DNA of 34,475 bases from a virus (Duplodnaviria; Caudoviricetes). How positions within the stretch are numbered: the stretch's first letter is position 1; the number at the start of each line of letters is the position of its first letter. Shown here piece by piece: positions 7,687 to 17,424 of the stretch. A program made the translations under genes and the position numbers. The stretch covers positions 1-34,475 of the IMG/VR virus record IMGVR_UViG_3300030231_000538; one strand, written 5' to 3'. The notes under the pieces were generated by a model that was not told where the DNA came from, did no database searches, and saw only the letters and a list, made by a program, of their open reading frames with translations.

Positions 7687-8031
7687 TCATGACCAAGTTC
7701 CAGCATCAAGATCAATTTTATTATCTAAATCTTCACCAAGTGCTGTTATAATTGAGGAATCAAATCCAGCAGGACCAGATTGACTGCCAGCAGCAGATTC
7801 TACTACTGCATCTGGACTTATAAAGACAAAGTTATCTGCGTTTGGATCGTATGATAGAACAAAATGAGTTCCTACTCCAACACCAATTGCTGTAGATACA
7901 ATGTCACTAATGTCTCGAATGTTTGCCACAGTGTCGTCCGATTCTACTGTAAAGTTAACAATGGGTTGACCATCTAGGTTAGTGTCAGCATGACTAGATT
8001 GAATACCAACTGCAACAACTTGTATTGACAT
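7687..8031 (-). CDS. Acidic hypothetical protein, probably virion-associated (114 aa)
   Basis: Tightly packed in the late operon. Contains IGVGVGT and LSYDPNADNFVF, and ends IDLDAGTWS. Confidence 0.7.
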   Translation of the reverse strand: MSIQVVAVGIQSSHADTNLDGQPIVNFTVESDDTVANIRDISDIVSTAIGVGVGTHFVLSYDPNADNFVFISPDAVVESAAGSQSGPAGFDSSIITALGEDLDNKIDLDAGTWS

Positions 8032-8032
8032 A

Positions 8033-8371
8033 TCACGATGCTGTTGGGTTTACTAGTGCCTGACCAGTTATAACCTTGGTCTTAATATTACTATTGCGGT
8101 TTTGTATAACCACATCATATTCATATCTCCCTGCTGTAATAATACCAGTCTGAGTATCAGTCAGAGATATTGTTAGATTACCTTTAGAAGGTGAACCGCC
8201 ATAAGTTGTGGCAAAGGAAACAGATCCAGGTGCTTCTGAATGTTTCCTCATCTTTACAGAGAAATTATAAGGTGTTAGGTCCAATGGATCATTATCCCTC
8301 TTCTTCAAATCGAAAGTTGAAGAGAAGTCAGTACCCTTTTCTATTTGGATATTAACTGATGGGACTGCCAT
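8033..8371 (-). CDS. Small beta-sandwich baseplate/fibre adaptor-like protein (BppU_N-like)
   Basis: The pattern NIQIEKGTDF...LDLT.Y...MRK...G.LTISLT..QT....GRYEYDV...GQALVNP recurs next to fibre genes in cyanomyophages. Confidence 0.7.
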   Translation of the reverse strand: MAVPSVNIQIEKGTDFSSTFDLKKRDNDPLDLTPYNFSVKMRKHSEAPGSVSFATTYGGSPSKGNLTISLTDTQTGIITAGRYEYDVVIQNRNSNIKTKVITGQALVNPTAS

Positions 8372-8391
8372 GTATACCTACCACAGTATTT

Positions 8392-8598
8392 CTATTTATT
8401 GTTTAATAACAAAGACTTCAAAAGATCAATCTCGTCTCTTAGAGTATCAAGTTCTCTCTTCTGTTTCATTCCTGCTTCTTTTCTGTTCATGTAACGGTTG
8501 TAGGCAGTCTTGTCGTTGTTGACTATTGCAGTCGTTTTCATATCTCTCTGTAGAGAGATATGATTCTTGACCTGTGCTCTTTTTGAATTGATACTCAT
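8392..8598 (-). CDS. Small conserved cyanophage-type protein with C-terminal coiled coil
   Basis: VKNHISLQRDMKTTAIVNNDKTAYNRY...ELDTLRDEIDLLKSLL resembles the small gene usually found after the DUF4815-like gene. Start is ATG 8598 or TTG 8604, with an SD-like AGAGGGA upstream. Confidence 0.72.
   Translation of the reverse strand: MSINSKRAQVKNHISLQRDMKTTAIVNNDKTAYNRYMNRKEAGMKQKRELDTLRDEIDLLKSLLLNNK
8393..8399 (-). promoter_or_regulatory. Late promoter ATAAATA
   Basis: tatttat overlapping the end (AAT AAA TAG) of the upstream small gene, about 21 nt before ATG 8371. Confidence 0.65.
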
Positions 8599-8643
8599 CT
8601 TCAAATGTTCCCTCTAGGATATCATGTAATAACCACCATGCCA

Positions 8644-11600
8644 TTATGCTGTTGCAATTGATCTAAAGTCTTTCAACTTAGGAGTTTGTGACTGATCTGT
8701 TGATGACATGACAATTTTTATTTGGAATCCAGTAAACTGTGGTAAATTGGATGCCGAAAATTCATACTCATTGAACTGATCTTGTAGACTAGGTGAGATA
8801 TTTCTATCTGGTCTACCACTGTTATTTTTTTCAGAAATAACATTACCTGAAGCATCAAGATTATCAAAACCAGGAAATAGTTCAAAGATTTGATCTAATT
8901 CATTTCCATCAACTCTGTCTAATCGATATAAAACTCTTATATCTGTTGCTGAAGGTCTATTTGCTGCAAATAGAACTTTCAAAGAAGTAGAAGGATTGTC
9001 AAGTTTTATAACCTTAGTTTGATATAGTAACTCATGAGGGTCTTCTGTTAGTTTAGATCTACTGTCAATAGTGTAATTTGATATTGGAGCATTTATTCTT
9101 GATGCTTTTGTAAGAACAGAACTTCCAAAAGCATTTATAACAGGAGAAACATCTCTGTTATCTGTGCTCATGTTCATTTCTATTGTGAATGATTTATTGC
9201 CAGGTAATGCAACCAAGGTTGATTTGACATTTTCATTCTCACCAGAAGCAACCATTCTAGAACTAGTAAATGAAGTTTCACCTGCTAAGGATACACTCTC
9301 AAATCCTTGATCTACGAATGATGTTTCAGATCCATTCACACTCGTTGAAGAGGTTGTCCTTACTGAAGCAGAAAGAACAGATCCTTGTGGAGTGCTTGCT
9401 GAAATACTTGGCTCAATAGTATCAAACACAATGTTTGAAGTTGCTCTTCCTCTTGTGCCACCACCATGCTTATCTTTATTGAAGAATACATCTCCACTTA
9501 CTTTTAGATGATAAGAATCTAATGCTATCTTATCTACAATCGTATTTGAAACATCAACCATATTATGAGTCTTATTGATCTTACGTAAAGAAACTCCTGA
9601 TAGTTCATATTTTTGAACTGGAGTATCTATATTATACGTTCTTGCAAACGTACTATCAAGACCTCTGGTGATTGTTCCTGTTAGTTGATTTGATCCAACT
9701 GATGTGTAAGTAATAACTTCATCACCAATTAGAGCAACACCAGGATTACTTGCCGATACTTGAGCACCTTCAAAGAAATTAAATCCTATGCTACTTGCAA
9801 CACTAACAGCATTTGTTTGACTAACTGCATATCCAACTGTAAGTCTTGTAGGCACAATATCACCAGTTATACCAGCAACTTTGACTACATTGTTTACATC
9901 ATGCATACCATGATTAGCATGACTTACTTTGAATATTTTGCCATCAAATTGATCTGAGTTTGCAGTAACCGCACTCGGTACAATGCCATTTACTGTAACA
10001 CCATATCCTAAAGTAGGATTATGATATTGAATCAAATCTGTAGTATTGAAATTATTACCACTTACATTTGTTAGAACTAGAGAGTTTGTGCCTGTAGTAA
10101 CACCTACGTTGAATGTTAGATTCTGACCTAAACCTTTAGTACCAAGTGCAGCAGTCAATGTATCACCAACTACATATCCAGTTCCTGTAGTAGAAGTAAC
10201 GGTAACTGCAGTAGCTACATTACCATCTACACTTATGTTTGCTGTAGCACCAGATCCTGATCCAGTGACAGTAACGAGAGAAACTGCATCAAATTGTCCA
10301 TCTTCATAACCAGTACCAGCATTTAGTATTGTCAATGCTGATCCACCATCATCTAGATGAGCAAGTTTTTCTATAACAAAACCGTTAGCAGTTCTATTAT
10401 TTTGTTTTATCTGTGTACCAATATCAATGATACCTGGTTCAATAGCAGACCCTAATCCAACAACAACTCTTCTAGAGAAAGTTTCAATTGGATTCTCAGG
10501 AAGTTGATTTCTTTCAGCAAACTCTCCTAAGTGTGGGTTGTACATTCTAAATGTACCAGTATCAGTAGTAAACTGTGCTTTATACGCAGTATACTTCATG
10601 TCTTCTAATTGAGAAGCAGTCCATGTTCCAGCGTTTTGACCCTTGAACAATGACCCTAGTGTTGGTTGTTTAGATATAACAACTTGTCCTAGTTCTGGTT
10701 GACCAGCAGTTGTAATATCAACCTCTCCAACTTGTGATATCCACTGGTTATATTCATCAGTCATTGTAAGAACAACGAATGCATATTCACCCCTAGCAAG
10801 ATATACTGGTGATGGGAAATTTGCTCTTGTTGGTATAGAAGCGTCGTCAGATATATTCACATCCGTAGGATTTAATATACATATTGAATTCTTCATTATC
10901 TCCCTAGAGGGATAACCATTTACAATAGGAGCAATACGAACTTCTAGAGGTATTGTTTCAGATCTACTTTGGAAGAATAAATCAACCGAAGTCATGAATA
11001 TACCTGGTTCTTCATTAACACTGAAACTTTGTGCTAACGGGTCATCATCGTCATCTGGCCAGGTAATGACAGGAACTTCTACAATGACAGGAACAGGAAC
11101 CTCTACAACCACAGGAGGTGGTGCAGGAGCAGGAACTGTGATAATTATCTCTTCAACTACAGGTACTTCTACAATAACAGGAACTTCTACCTGAACCTCT
11201 TCAACAACTGTTTCTATAACAGGAACTTCAACTTCCTGAATAACAGTATTATTAATTATAACTGGGGGTGGTGGAGGTGGAGGAGTTGGTTCCGTTCTCG
11301 TTATCGTAGTTTCTGATATAGAGAATCCTTCTGAGAAGAAGTCAGCTCCAGCACGACTAAAGTTTAGACCTGCTAGTTGATCTTGAGGTCTTAGACTTGT
11401 TAGTATGAGAGTGTTTGTACCATTTTGAAAAATTCCACCAGGTATGAACACACTTCCTATAAGTGCTCCTAGATCATCTGATACTAATCTAAGATTGCTT
11501 ATTTCTGCTTCAGCACCACTTGTCTCACCAACCAACCTCATCCCTACCTGTGCTTGCCCAAAGAAATTACCATCAGATTTTTGATTCAAAGAAGCAGTGT

Positions 11601-14600
11601 CAATATTCAACACAGCAGTTGTTTCTGAGTATGCAGATGTCAATCCGACTACACTTTCACTATAAGGATTTGTTCCAAAGAATACTGTTGGAGTATTGAA
11701 TGGACCGTCTTTATGATGAGGAGTAGCTAGTCTGAATCTAAAATCGGTTCCTTGACTTGTTTCTTGATTATTTACTGCAGTACCACGAACAGTCTCACCT
11801 ATTTGGAAAGCACCCTGAATAGGAGTTACTTCCAAAAGTTTTGGTATGACACGATTTCTACTATCAATCATGTCCTCACCAGAGAACGAACAAAAATGCT
11901 CTGTGTTTGGTTTTAATCTTGTACCAACAAACTGAATATTTTGTTCCCTCATTAGAGGTAAGGGTTCAGTCTCAGATATAAAGTCATTACCAAAACCAAT
12001 ACCACCATCTCTTGTTGTAAATGATCTATCTACAAATACATCACTGTCTGGATTCAAAGTAAGACTACCATCATACTTTCGGAACATATATGGGTTTACG
12101 TTCTCTACTCTACTTGCAAGTGGTTGCTCGTCTTGAATTATATTTGTATAACTTAAGGTTATAAGATCACCAGTTCTTTGAATATTTGGTGAGGTAAGGT
12201 CGTTGACAAACCTAGGATCAACTGTAAGATCTGGTGTTCCATTCAAACCTACAATTTGTTCAGATCCAATCAACAAATCAATAGAATCATTATGGTTTCT
12301 TGCAACAAGATTTCCATCTTTTATATCATATTTCAATGATGACTGACTCAAATCAGTAACATTGAAATTATTAAAGGTATCTACAACAAAACCATTCTTA
12401 AATCTATCCAAACCTGTATCAGGATCACTAATAACCAAACTTTCTGTAGCAGTCTCTAATAGACTTAGAGAAGTTACTTCTTCTAATGTCTCAATACGAG
12501 TCTCTAATCTACCAATATCTTTCATCGTATAACGTTTATTGCCACGAGAAGTTATAGTGACATCTTGTGTAGCATCATAAACATATGGTTTATAATCTAT
12601 TCTTGCAAGTTCAAATGAATCTATTAGTGGTTCTGGTTCTGTTGGATTGATAGCAGGTATTCCCTGCTTTACAGTAAACGTAGAGTCTGGATTTAGATAT
12701 AACCTATCAACTCTAGGTAAGTAAAAACTATAATCAAAAAGTATATTTTCATCCGAAACAAGAACATTTGATGCTGATCCAGTGTTAGTAAAATCTCTCG
12801 AATCAAATTCAAAAGGTGATCTACTTCCAGAATAATCAGCGACTCTTGGTCTTAAATCAATAACGTCAGTATTTCTTATACCATCAAAAACAGGAACGGT
12901 GTCGTATCTATCCGCACTGTAACTATTTGCAGTTACTACATCACCAGAATCTAAAGCATTTATAGTGTAATGATCGTAATATATTTTTAGTTGTCCTTGT
13001 GGTTTAGGGAAATTTTGTTTTCTAACTAGGCGACCAAAATCATAGTACTCAGATCTTTGTCCTGAATCCACAAGAAAATTCTTTCTTATATTTGGATCGC
13101 CAGGTGCAACCTGAGATAGATTTACTGTAACACCACTTTCTTGGAATACAATTTCTTCAGTCTCATTGAATGAGAGACTGTTTTTGAAACAAACTTCTAC
13201 CTTACTCGTACCACTTCTAGCTAACACCATTGCAGATGCACCAGAACTCTTTCCTACACCAACTTCCCCTAATATTAGGTCACTATTATCTCCATTTGGA
13301 CCAGTAAATGATGCTAATGTAAGTGATGGAATAGTTGGAGCACCAGTTCCTGATGATTCAAATACAGCATGTACTTCAATTACATCAGCAACATCAAGTG
13401 ACACCTCTCTATCTTGAACACGTTTACCATATGCATTACTAAATGTAAGACCATCAGCAATAGATGTGCTTACTCCTGAGTATGACCTATCGGATCCAGT
13501 TACTAAAAGTGATTTACCTCTAGTAATATTTTTTTGTTTTGATTTTACTTTTGCTTTTTCTTGTGTGGTATGAACAACTACATTACTTTGTGATAAAGTC
13601 AAACCAGATATGGTAGCACCCTTACTACCATTGGTCAAAACAAACTGATCAGTGGTTAGAGATTCTACCGTACCGTCAGAATAAAATATAGAATATCTTT
13701 CTTCATCAAAAGGAGCATATACTTTATCAGTTCCTGTCAATGAAGGTAAATCTAATTGTCCAGAACCATCTGTGCTATTCCCAGTAACTTCAATTCTAAA
13801 TTGTATTGTAGAATCTGTAAGATCAAGAGATTCTACATTTGAGTTTGGTAGTTCTGAATATAAAAATCCACTTTTAGATGCTCTAAGACTAGATGCTACT
13901 ATTTGCAATCCACTTACAGTAACATTTGAACTAGGTAAATCTTTATCGCAAACACCACTAACATCATTAGGTGCTGCAACAACAGTTACTGTTCTATTAG
14001 TAAGATTGATAGAACTCACTTGGTTAAAAGTATTATCTGTTACACCTGCTAACTTATATGAGATGATATCTCCTACTTTGAAATTCTTTACCCAACCTAC
14101 AGAACCACTGGTAATAACACCACCAGTTGTTATAGTAAAAGATCTTCCACCAAAATCTTGTTTTGGTTCTAATACTACATCTGCAGCAAAGGTTCTAGAT
14201 CCACCAGTAGACCTGACAGATTTTACATCTGCTAAATCTTTTTCACTTACAGATCTGACAACTTTACCATCCTGTACACCATTGATAATAATTGGTTCAT
14301 CGACAATAAATTGTCCCGATGTTTGTGTTACTACAAGATCTGCAGAGTTTGATACAGCAGTTTTTAGATAACCTTTAGCACCAGATCTAGAACCTTCTAT
14401 AAGAGCAGGTACAGCAAGAGTAGTTGTTGTGTTTATAGTAACTGTAGTATCTGTTTGAATATCAAAAAGATATAGATCAAACTGAGTGTCATTACCAGAA
14501 TAATTTGCGTTTGTAGTCTTGTAATCATATACTCTTGCTCTTCCAATACTACTTCCAGCAGCAGTTGATTTTGTAGCACCTAATCGTGTGTCACGCAAAT

Positions 14601-15855
14601 CAACAAAATCAGCACTCGCAGCATTCAATTTGATTTGAGCACCATTCAAAGTATTGTTTACTCTGAGTTTATTACCTGCTTCAAATGGTATAGCAGAACT
14701 TGTTATCTTCTTTGTAGTTCTAGGTTTTTCTACATCAAGAATTCTAGATCCAGTTACTTGTGCTTCAAATCCTTTTACATATGCTTTACCTGGACCTATT
14801 TTGATATTCAGTAAATCCTTTGATGGTTTATTACCTCTGTTTGTTTTTTGCTCAGGAAAATATGTTCCAAAAACAGAGTGTCTATCATTCAGACATTCTC
14901 TTGCTTGCAAATCAAATTTTCTTACAAAGTAGTTACCACTTTCATCAAAAGTTCTTCTTGCAAGTTCTTTACCAATTTCACTGTAGACAGTATTTTGTAT
15001 AATACGTTCTTTCTTACCATTATTACTCCTAAACAACTCAATAAAGTTTTCATCTTGAAAATTACTTAGATCTTTCTTAGTAAGTGTTAGACTAATCTTT
15101 AGTCTATCTGCACCTGGTGCAGTAAAGTTGGAGAATCCAGCAGCATTATCATATAAACTTTCATCATCAACAGCAGTTACAATTTCTTCTGTTACAAGAA
15201 AACCAACTCTAAATGAAGGACTTGAACTATATTGATCAAGTATAATTGTCTCAGTTGGAACCTCTACAAAAGCACCACGAGCAAAAAACACACCCTTGGT
15301 TATAGTAAAAGCAGATCCTATTGCTGTAGCGTTTGATTCAATACAAGTAGCAAAATCTGAACCACCACCTATAGTGGTTGTTCCATAAGTAACAGGGAAA
15401 GTTGTAAGTAAATTTTCTCCATCAGAAAATTGTTGCTGAGTCTTATTACTACCAGAAGTCTCATACTTTATATAAAGTGTAGTATGACCAGTTTCTGATT
15501 TAGATGCAGATAAAACGTTTACAACCCTTGCAGTAACCCCTGATGTTTTACCTTTTATCTTAATACCAATAAATCTATCAAAGTAGAGTTCTACAGGAAC
15601 ACCAAAAAATGTAGACTCAACTTTGACAGCAGTGTATTCCTGATCGTATCCCAAAGAACCAGGTATAACAACTGATCCTTCTTTGAATATATGTTTACCA
15701 AACTTTTCTATCTGTCCTTGTAGGATAGACTGTAAAGTTGTCAGTTCTCTTGCTTGAACTGGAGTACCAGGTTTGAATAAGACTCTATTGAAATTTTTCG
15801 ACGAGTCAAAATCATCAAAATATGGACTAGCGTTTAGATTGGTGTTTTGTGGCAT
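8644..15855 (-). CDS. Very large virion structural protein, DUF4815/VrlC-like (2403 aa)
   Basis: Family signatures NLNASPYFDDF...RVLFKPG.PVQARELTTLQS, APGADRLKI, LARRTFDESGNY, YTMKDIGRLE.RI..LE, DRFKNGF.VD.F and DPLAQSF. Located immediately after gp8. Confidence 0.88.
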   Translation of the reverse strand: MPQNTNLNASPYFDDFDSSKNFNRVLFKPGTPVQARELTTLQSILQGQIEKFGKHIFKEGSVVIPGSLGYDQEYTAVKVESTFFGVPVELYFDRFIGIKIKGKTSGVTARVVNVLSASKSETGHTTLYIKYETSGSNKTQQQFSDGENLLTTFPVTYGTTTIGGGSDFATCIESNATAIGSAFTITKGVFFARGAFVEVPTETIILDQYSSSPSFRVGFLVTEEIVTAVDDESLYDNAAGFSNFTAPGADRLKISLTLTKKDLSNFQDENFIELFRSNNGKKERIIQNTVYSEIGKELARRTFDESGNYFVRKFDLQARECLNDRHSVFGTYFPEQKTNRGNKPSKDLLNIKIGPGKAYVKGFEAQVTGSRILDVEKPRTTKKITSSAIPFEAGNKLRVNNTLNGAQIKLNAASADFVDLRDTRLGATKSTAAGSSIGRARVYDYKTTNANYSGNDTQFDLYLFDIQTDTTVTINTTTTLAVPALIEGSRSGAKGYLKTAVSNSADLVVTQTSGQFIVDEPIIINGVQDGKVVRSVSEKDLADVKSVRSTGGSRTFAADVVLEPKQDFGGRSFTITTGGVITSGSVGWVKNFKVGDIISYKLAGVTDNTFNQVSSINLTNRTVTVVAAPNDVSGVCDKDLPSSNVTVSGLQIVASSLRASKSGFLYSELPNSNVESLDLTDSTIQFRIEVTGNSTDGSGQLDLPSLTGTDKVYAPFDEERYSIFYSDGTVESLTTDQFVLTNGSKGATISGLTLSQSNVVVHTTQEKAKVKSKQKNITRGKSLLVTGSDRSYSGVSTSIADGLTFSNAYGKRVQDREVSLDVADVIEVHAVFESSGTGAPTIPSLTLASFTGPNGDNSDLILGEVGVGKSSGASAMVLARSGTSKVEVCFKNSLSFNETEEIVFQESGVTVNLSQVAPGDPNIRKNFLVDSGQRSEYYDFGRLVRKQNFPKPQGQLKIYYDHYTINALDSGDVVTANSYSADRYDTVPVFDGIRNTDVIDLRPRVADYSGSRSPFEFDSRDFTNTGSASNVLVSDENILFDYSFYLPRVDRLYLNPDSTFTVKQGIPAINPTEPEPLIDSFELARIDYKPYVYDATQDVTITSRGNKRYTMKDIGRLETRIETLEEVTSLSLLETATESLVISDPDTGLDRFKNGFVVDTFNNFNVTDLSQSSLKYDIKDGNLVARNHNDSIDLLIGSEQIVGLNGTPDLTVDPRFVNDLTSPNIQRTGDLITLSYTNIIQDEQPLASRVENVNPYMFRKYDGSLTLNPDSDVFVDRSFTTRDGGIGFGNDFISETEPLPLMREQNIQFVGTRLKPNTEHFCSFSGEDMIDSRNRVIPKLLEVTPIQGAFQIGETVRGTAVNNQETSQGTDFRFRLATPHHKDGPFNTPTVFFGTNPYSESVVGLTSAYSETTAVLNIDTASLNQKSDGNFFGQAQVGMRLVGETSGAEAEISNLRLVSDDLGALIGSVFIPGGIFQNGTNTLILTSLRPQDQLAGLNFSRAGADFFSEGFSISETTITRTEPTPPPPPPPVIINNTVIQEVEVPVIETVVEEVQVEVPVIVEVPVVEEIIITVPAPAPPPVVVEVPVPVIVEVPVITWPDDDDDPLAQSFSVNEEPGIFMTSVDLFFQSRSETIPLEVRIAPIVNGYPSREIMKNSICILNPTDVNISDDASIPTRANFPSPVYLARGEYAFVVLTMTDEYNQWISQVGEVDITTAGQPELGQVVISKQPTLGSLFKGQNAGTWTASQLEDMKYTAYKAQFTTDTGTFRMYNPHLGEFAERNQLPENPIETFSRRVVVGLGSAIEPGIIDIGTQIKQNNRTANGFVIEKLAHLDDGGSALTILNAGTGYEDGQFDAVSLVTVTGSGSGATANISVDGNVATAVTVTSTTGTGYVVGDTLTAALGTKGLGQNLTFNVGVTTGTNSLVLTNVSGNNFNTTDLIQYHNPTLGYGVTVNGIVPSAVTANSDQFDGKIFKVSHANHGMHDVNNVVKVAGITGDIVPTRLTVGYAVSQTNAVSVASSIGFNFFEGAQVSASNPGVALIGDEVITYTSVGSNQLTGTITRGLDSTFARTYNIDTPVQKYELSGVSLRKINKTHNMVDVSNTIVDKIALDSYHLKVSGDVFFNKDKHGGGTRGRATSNIVFDTIEPSISASTPQGSVLSASVRTTSSTSVNGSETSFVDQGFESVSLAGETSFTSSRMVASGENENVKSTLVALPGNKSFTIEMNMSTDNRDVSPVINAFGSSVLTKASRINAPISNYTIDSRSKLTEDPHELLYQTKVIKLDNPSTSLKVLFAANRPSATDIRVLYRLDRVDGNELDQIFELFPGFDNLDASGNVISEKNNSGRPDRNISPSLQDQFNEYEFSASNLPQFTGFQIKIVMSSTDQSQTPKLKDFRSIATA
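11041..11300 (-). repeat. Low-complexity coding insert: poly-Pro, about five VEVPV/VPV repeats and poly-Asp
   Basis: EPTPPPPPPPVIINNTVIQEVEVPVIETVVEEVQVEVPVIVEVPVVEEIIITVPAPAPPPVVVEVPVPVIVEVPVITWPDDDDD. At DNA level acaggaac(t/c)tc(t/a)ac recurs. Confidence 0.85.
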
Positions 15856-15859
15856 TGTA

Positions 15860-17398
15860 TCAGAATTCTAAGATGATTTTGATATCTTCTCTTTGATTTG
15901 AAGCTCTTGTAACTTCAGGTCTATTGTCAACGTAAATAATGTCTCCAGAGTGTTTTTTAATCTCTGGTTCTGCTACACCATTAGTAAATGATTGACCGAA
16001 GTAATATGTTTTAGCATTGATTGTTGTAGAGACACCAACAAAACCAGTTTCAATACCAACTGTCTCAGTTCCTGAAGTTGTAGTAATAACAATATTTGTA
16101 CTACCACCTGCACCAGGTGTATTGCTAAACTTATTTAGCTTGTATCCATAAGTGGGTGCTACGCCAGCACTACTTTTAGTTGCGAGCGATCTATCTTGCC
16201 AATATCTTAGCACTTTAGTTGTGGTATCATAAGACACCACTCTTCCTACAGCAGTAGAACCAACACCAACAGTTTGATAAACTATACCATCAACTGCTGC
16301 TGATAATGTTCCTGCAGTAGCACCAGTAACTCTCAACGCAGGTAAATTACTTACGTTTGATGCAGACAATAAATCAGTACTACCATTCTCTACAGGATTT
16401 TTTACAATACCTATACGTGCAAACTGGTTACCTGATGGAAAGTCTGGGTTTGTTACGTCAGCATTTTCAATTCTAGAATAAACAAGAACCTTATTTGATC
16501 CAAGTTCTCTGTAGACATCACCACCATGTCCACCTGGAGGTGGAATAATTACTGAGAAAGAAGCACCAGCACCAGTAACAACAGAATCTAAATCTAAAGT
16601 AGCAAATGAATAACCAGAACCACCATTCGTTACCTGAACTGCAGATGGTTTACCATTCAAGAAAGTAACAGATGCAAGTCCACCATCACCATCTCCTCTT
16701 ATAGGAACATTGTTTTTAGTACCATTGAACTGATATGCAGCAGTAGTTGTATCTTCTATCGTTATAACTTCAACTTTACCATCAACAGCAGCATTCCTTA
16801 CATCAGCAACATCAGCATTTGTAGTCCAATTTCTTGGAGTAGGCATGAAATTAGAACTATCAAATTTCAAAATTTCACTAGGTGTAATAGTGTAGAGATA
16901 CTTCCAAATATAACCATCACTTTCTAATCTAGGTTGTAGATCCGTGTGTACTGGTTCTTGTAGAGAAACAATTCCTTTTCCACTATTGGATGGAGCAGCA
17001 CCATTGTATATGCAAACATAGACTCTAAAGTCTTTATTCATTACATAATAATTTGAACTGTATAGATTAGTCGAACTAGTTTGTGGACTTAACTTATTGA
17101 TACTATAATCGTGTCGATACATTTCATATATTGTTCCACTTCCCCAAGATGCCTTGTTGACAACTCTAAGTACATCATTTGATGTAATCTTTTTGGCAGA
17201 TATTAGAGTATCATATATATCATCTTGTTGGTCAAAATTGTCTATGGGTGATGGAGTATTTGTATTCCAGTCCGACGCAACAGAAGTTGCATTGGGTAAC
17301 CCAATAAAGACATAATAACTGTTATCAGTTGTCGAAATTCCACTTACGAAATTTGACGCATTCAAGACTCTGATCTGATCCGTGATGACGGCTGGCAT
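15860..17398 (-). CDS. gp8: Baseplate wedge subunit gp8
   Basis: YYVMN.DFRVY.C.YNG, DGYIWKYLY, GDIIYVDNR, C-terminal QREDIKIILEF, and synteny after gp6/gp7. Confidence 0.9.
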   Translation of the reverse strand: MPAVITDQIRVLNASNFVSGISTTDNSYYVFIGLPNATSVASDWNTNTPSPIDNFDQQDDIYDTLISAKKITSNDVLRVVNKASWGSGTIYEMYRHDYSINKLSPQTSSTNLYSSNYYVMNKDFRVYVCIYNGAAPSNSGKGIVSLQEPVHTDLQPRLESDGYIWKYLYTITPSEILKFDSSNFMPTPRNWTTNADVADVRNAAVDGKVEVITIEDTTTAAYQFNGTKNNVPIRGDGDGGLASVTFLNGKPSAVQVTNGGSGYSFATLDLDSVVTGAGASFSVIIPPPGGHGGDVYRELGSNKVLVYSRIENADVTNPDFPSGNQFARIGIVKNPVENGSTDLLSASNVSNLPALRVTGATAGTLSAAVDGIVYQTVGVGSTAVGRVVSYDTTTKVLRYWQDRSLATKSSAGVAPTYGYKLNKFSNTPGAGGSTNIVITTTSGTETVGIETGFVGVSTTINAKTYYFGQSFTNGVAEPEIKKHSGDIIYVDNRPEVTRASNQREDIKIILEF

Positions 17399-17417
17399 TA
17401 TTTTGAAACTTTTTGGT

Positions 17418-17424
17418 TATTTAT
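17418..17424 (-). promoter_or_regulatory. Late promoter ATAAATA upstream of gp8
   Basis: tatttat overlapping the TAA of 17421-21125, about 19 nt before ATG 17398. Confidence 0.7.

Noticed and set aside
7744-7752. Plus-strand TGTTATAAT as a promoter
   Set aside because: It lies inside a minus-strand CDS with no plus-strand gene downstream, so it is likely chance in AT-rich DNA.
8570-8600. Programmed frameshift joining the 65-aa ORF to the conserved small gene
   Set aside because: CAAAAAG has only five A's, so it is not a canonical slippery heptamer, and the downstream gene has its own SD-like sequence.
11041-11300. CRISPR array, intein or DGR repeat at the repetitive stretch
   Set aside because: The repeats are short, degenerate and in-frame. 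There are no spacers, no intein terminal motifs, and no reverse transcriptase or adenine-specific repeat pair in the window.
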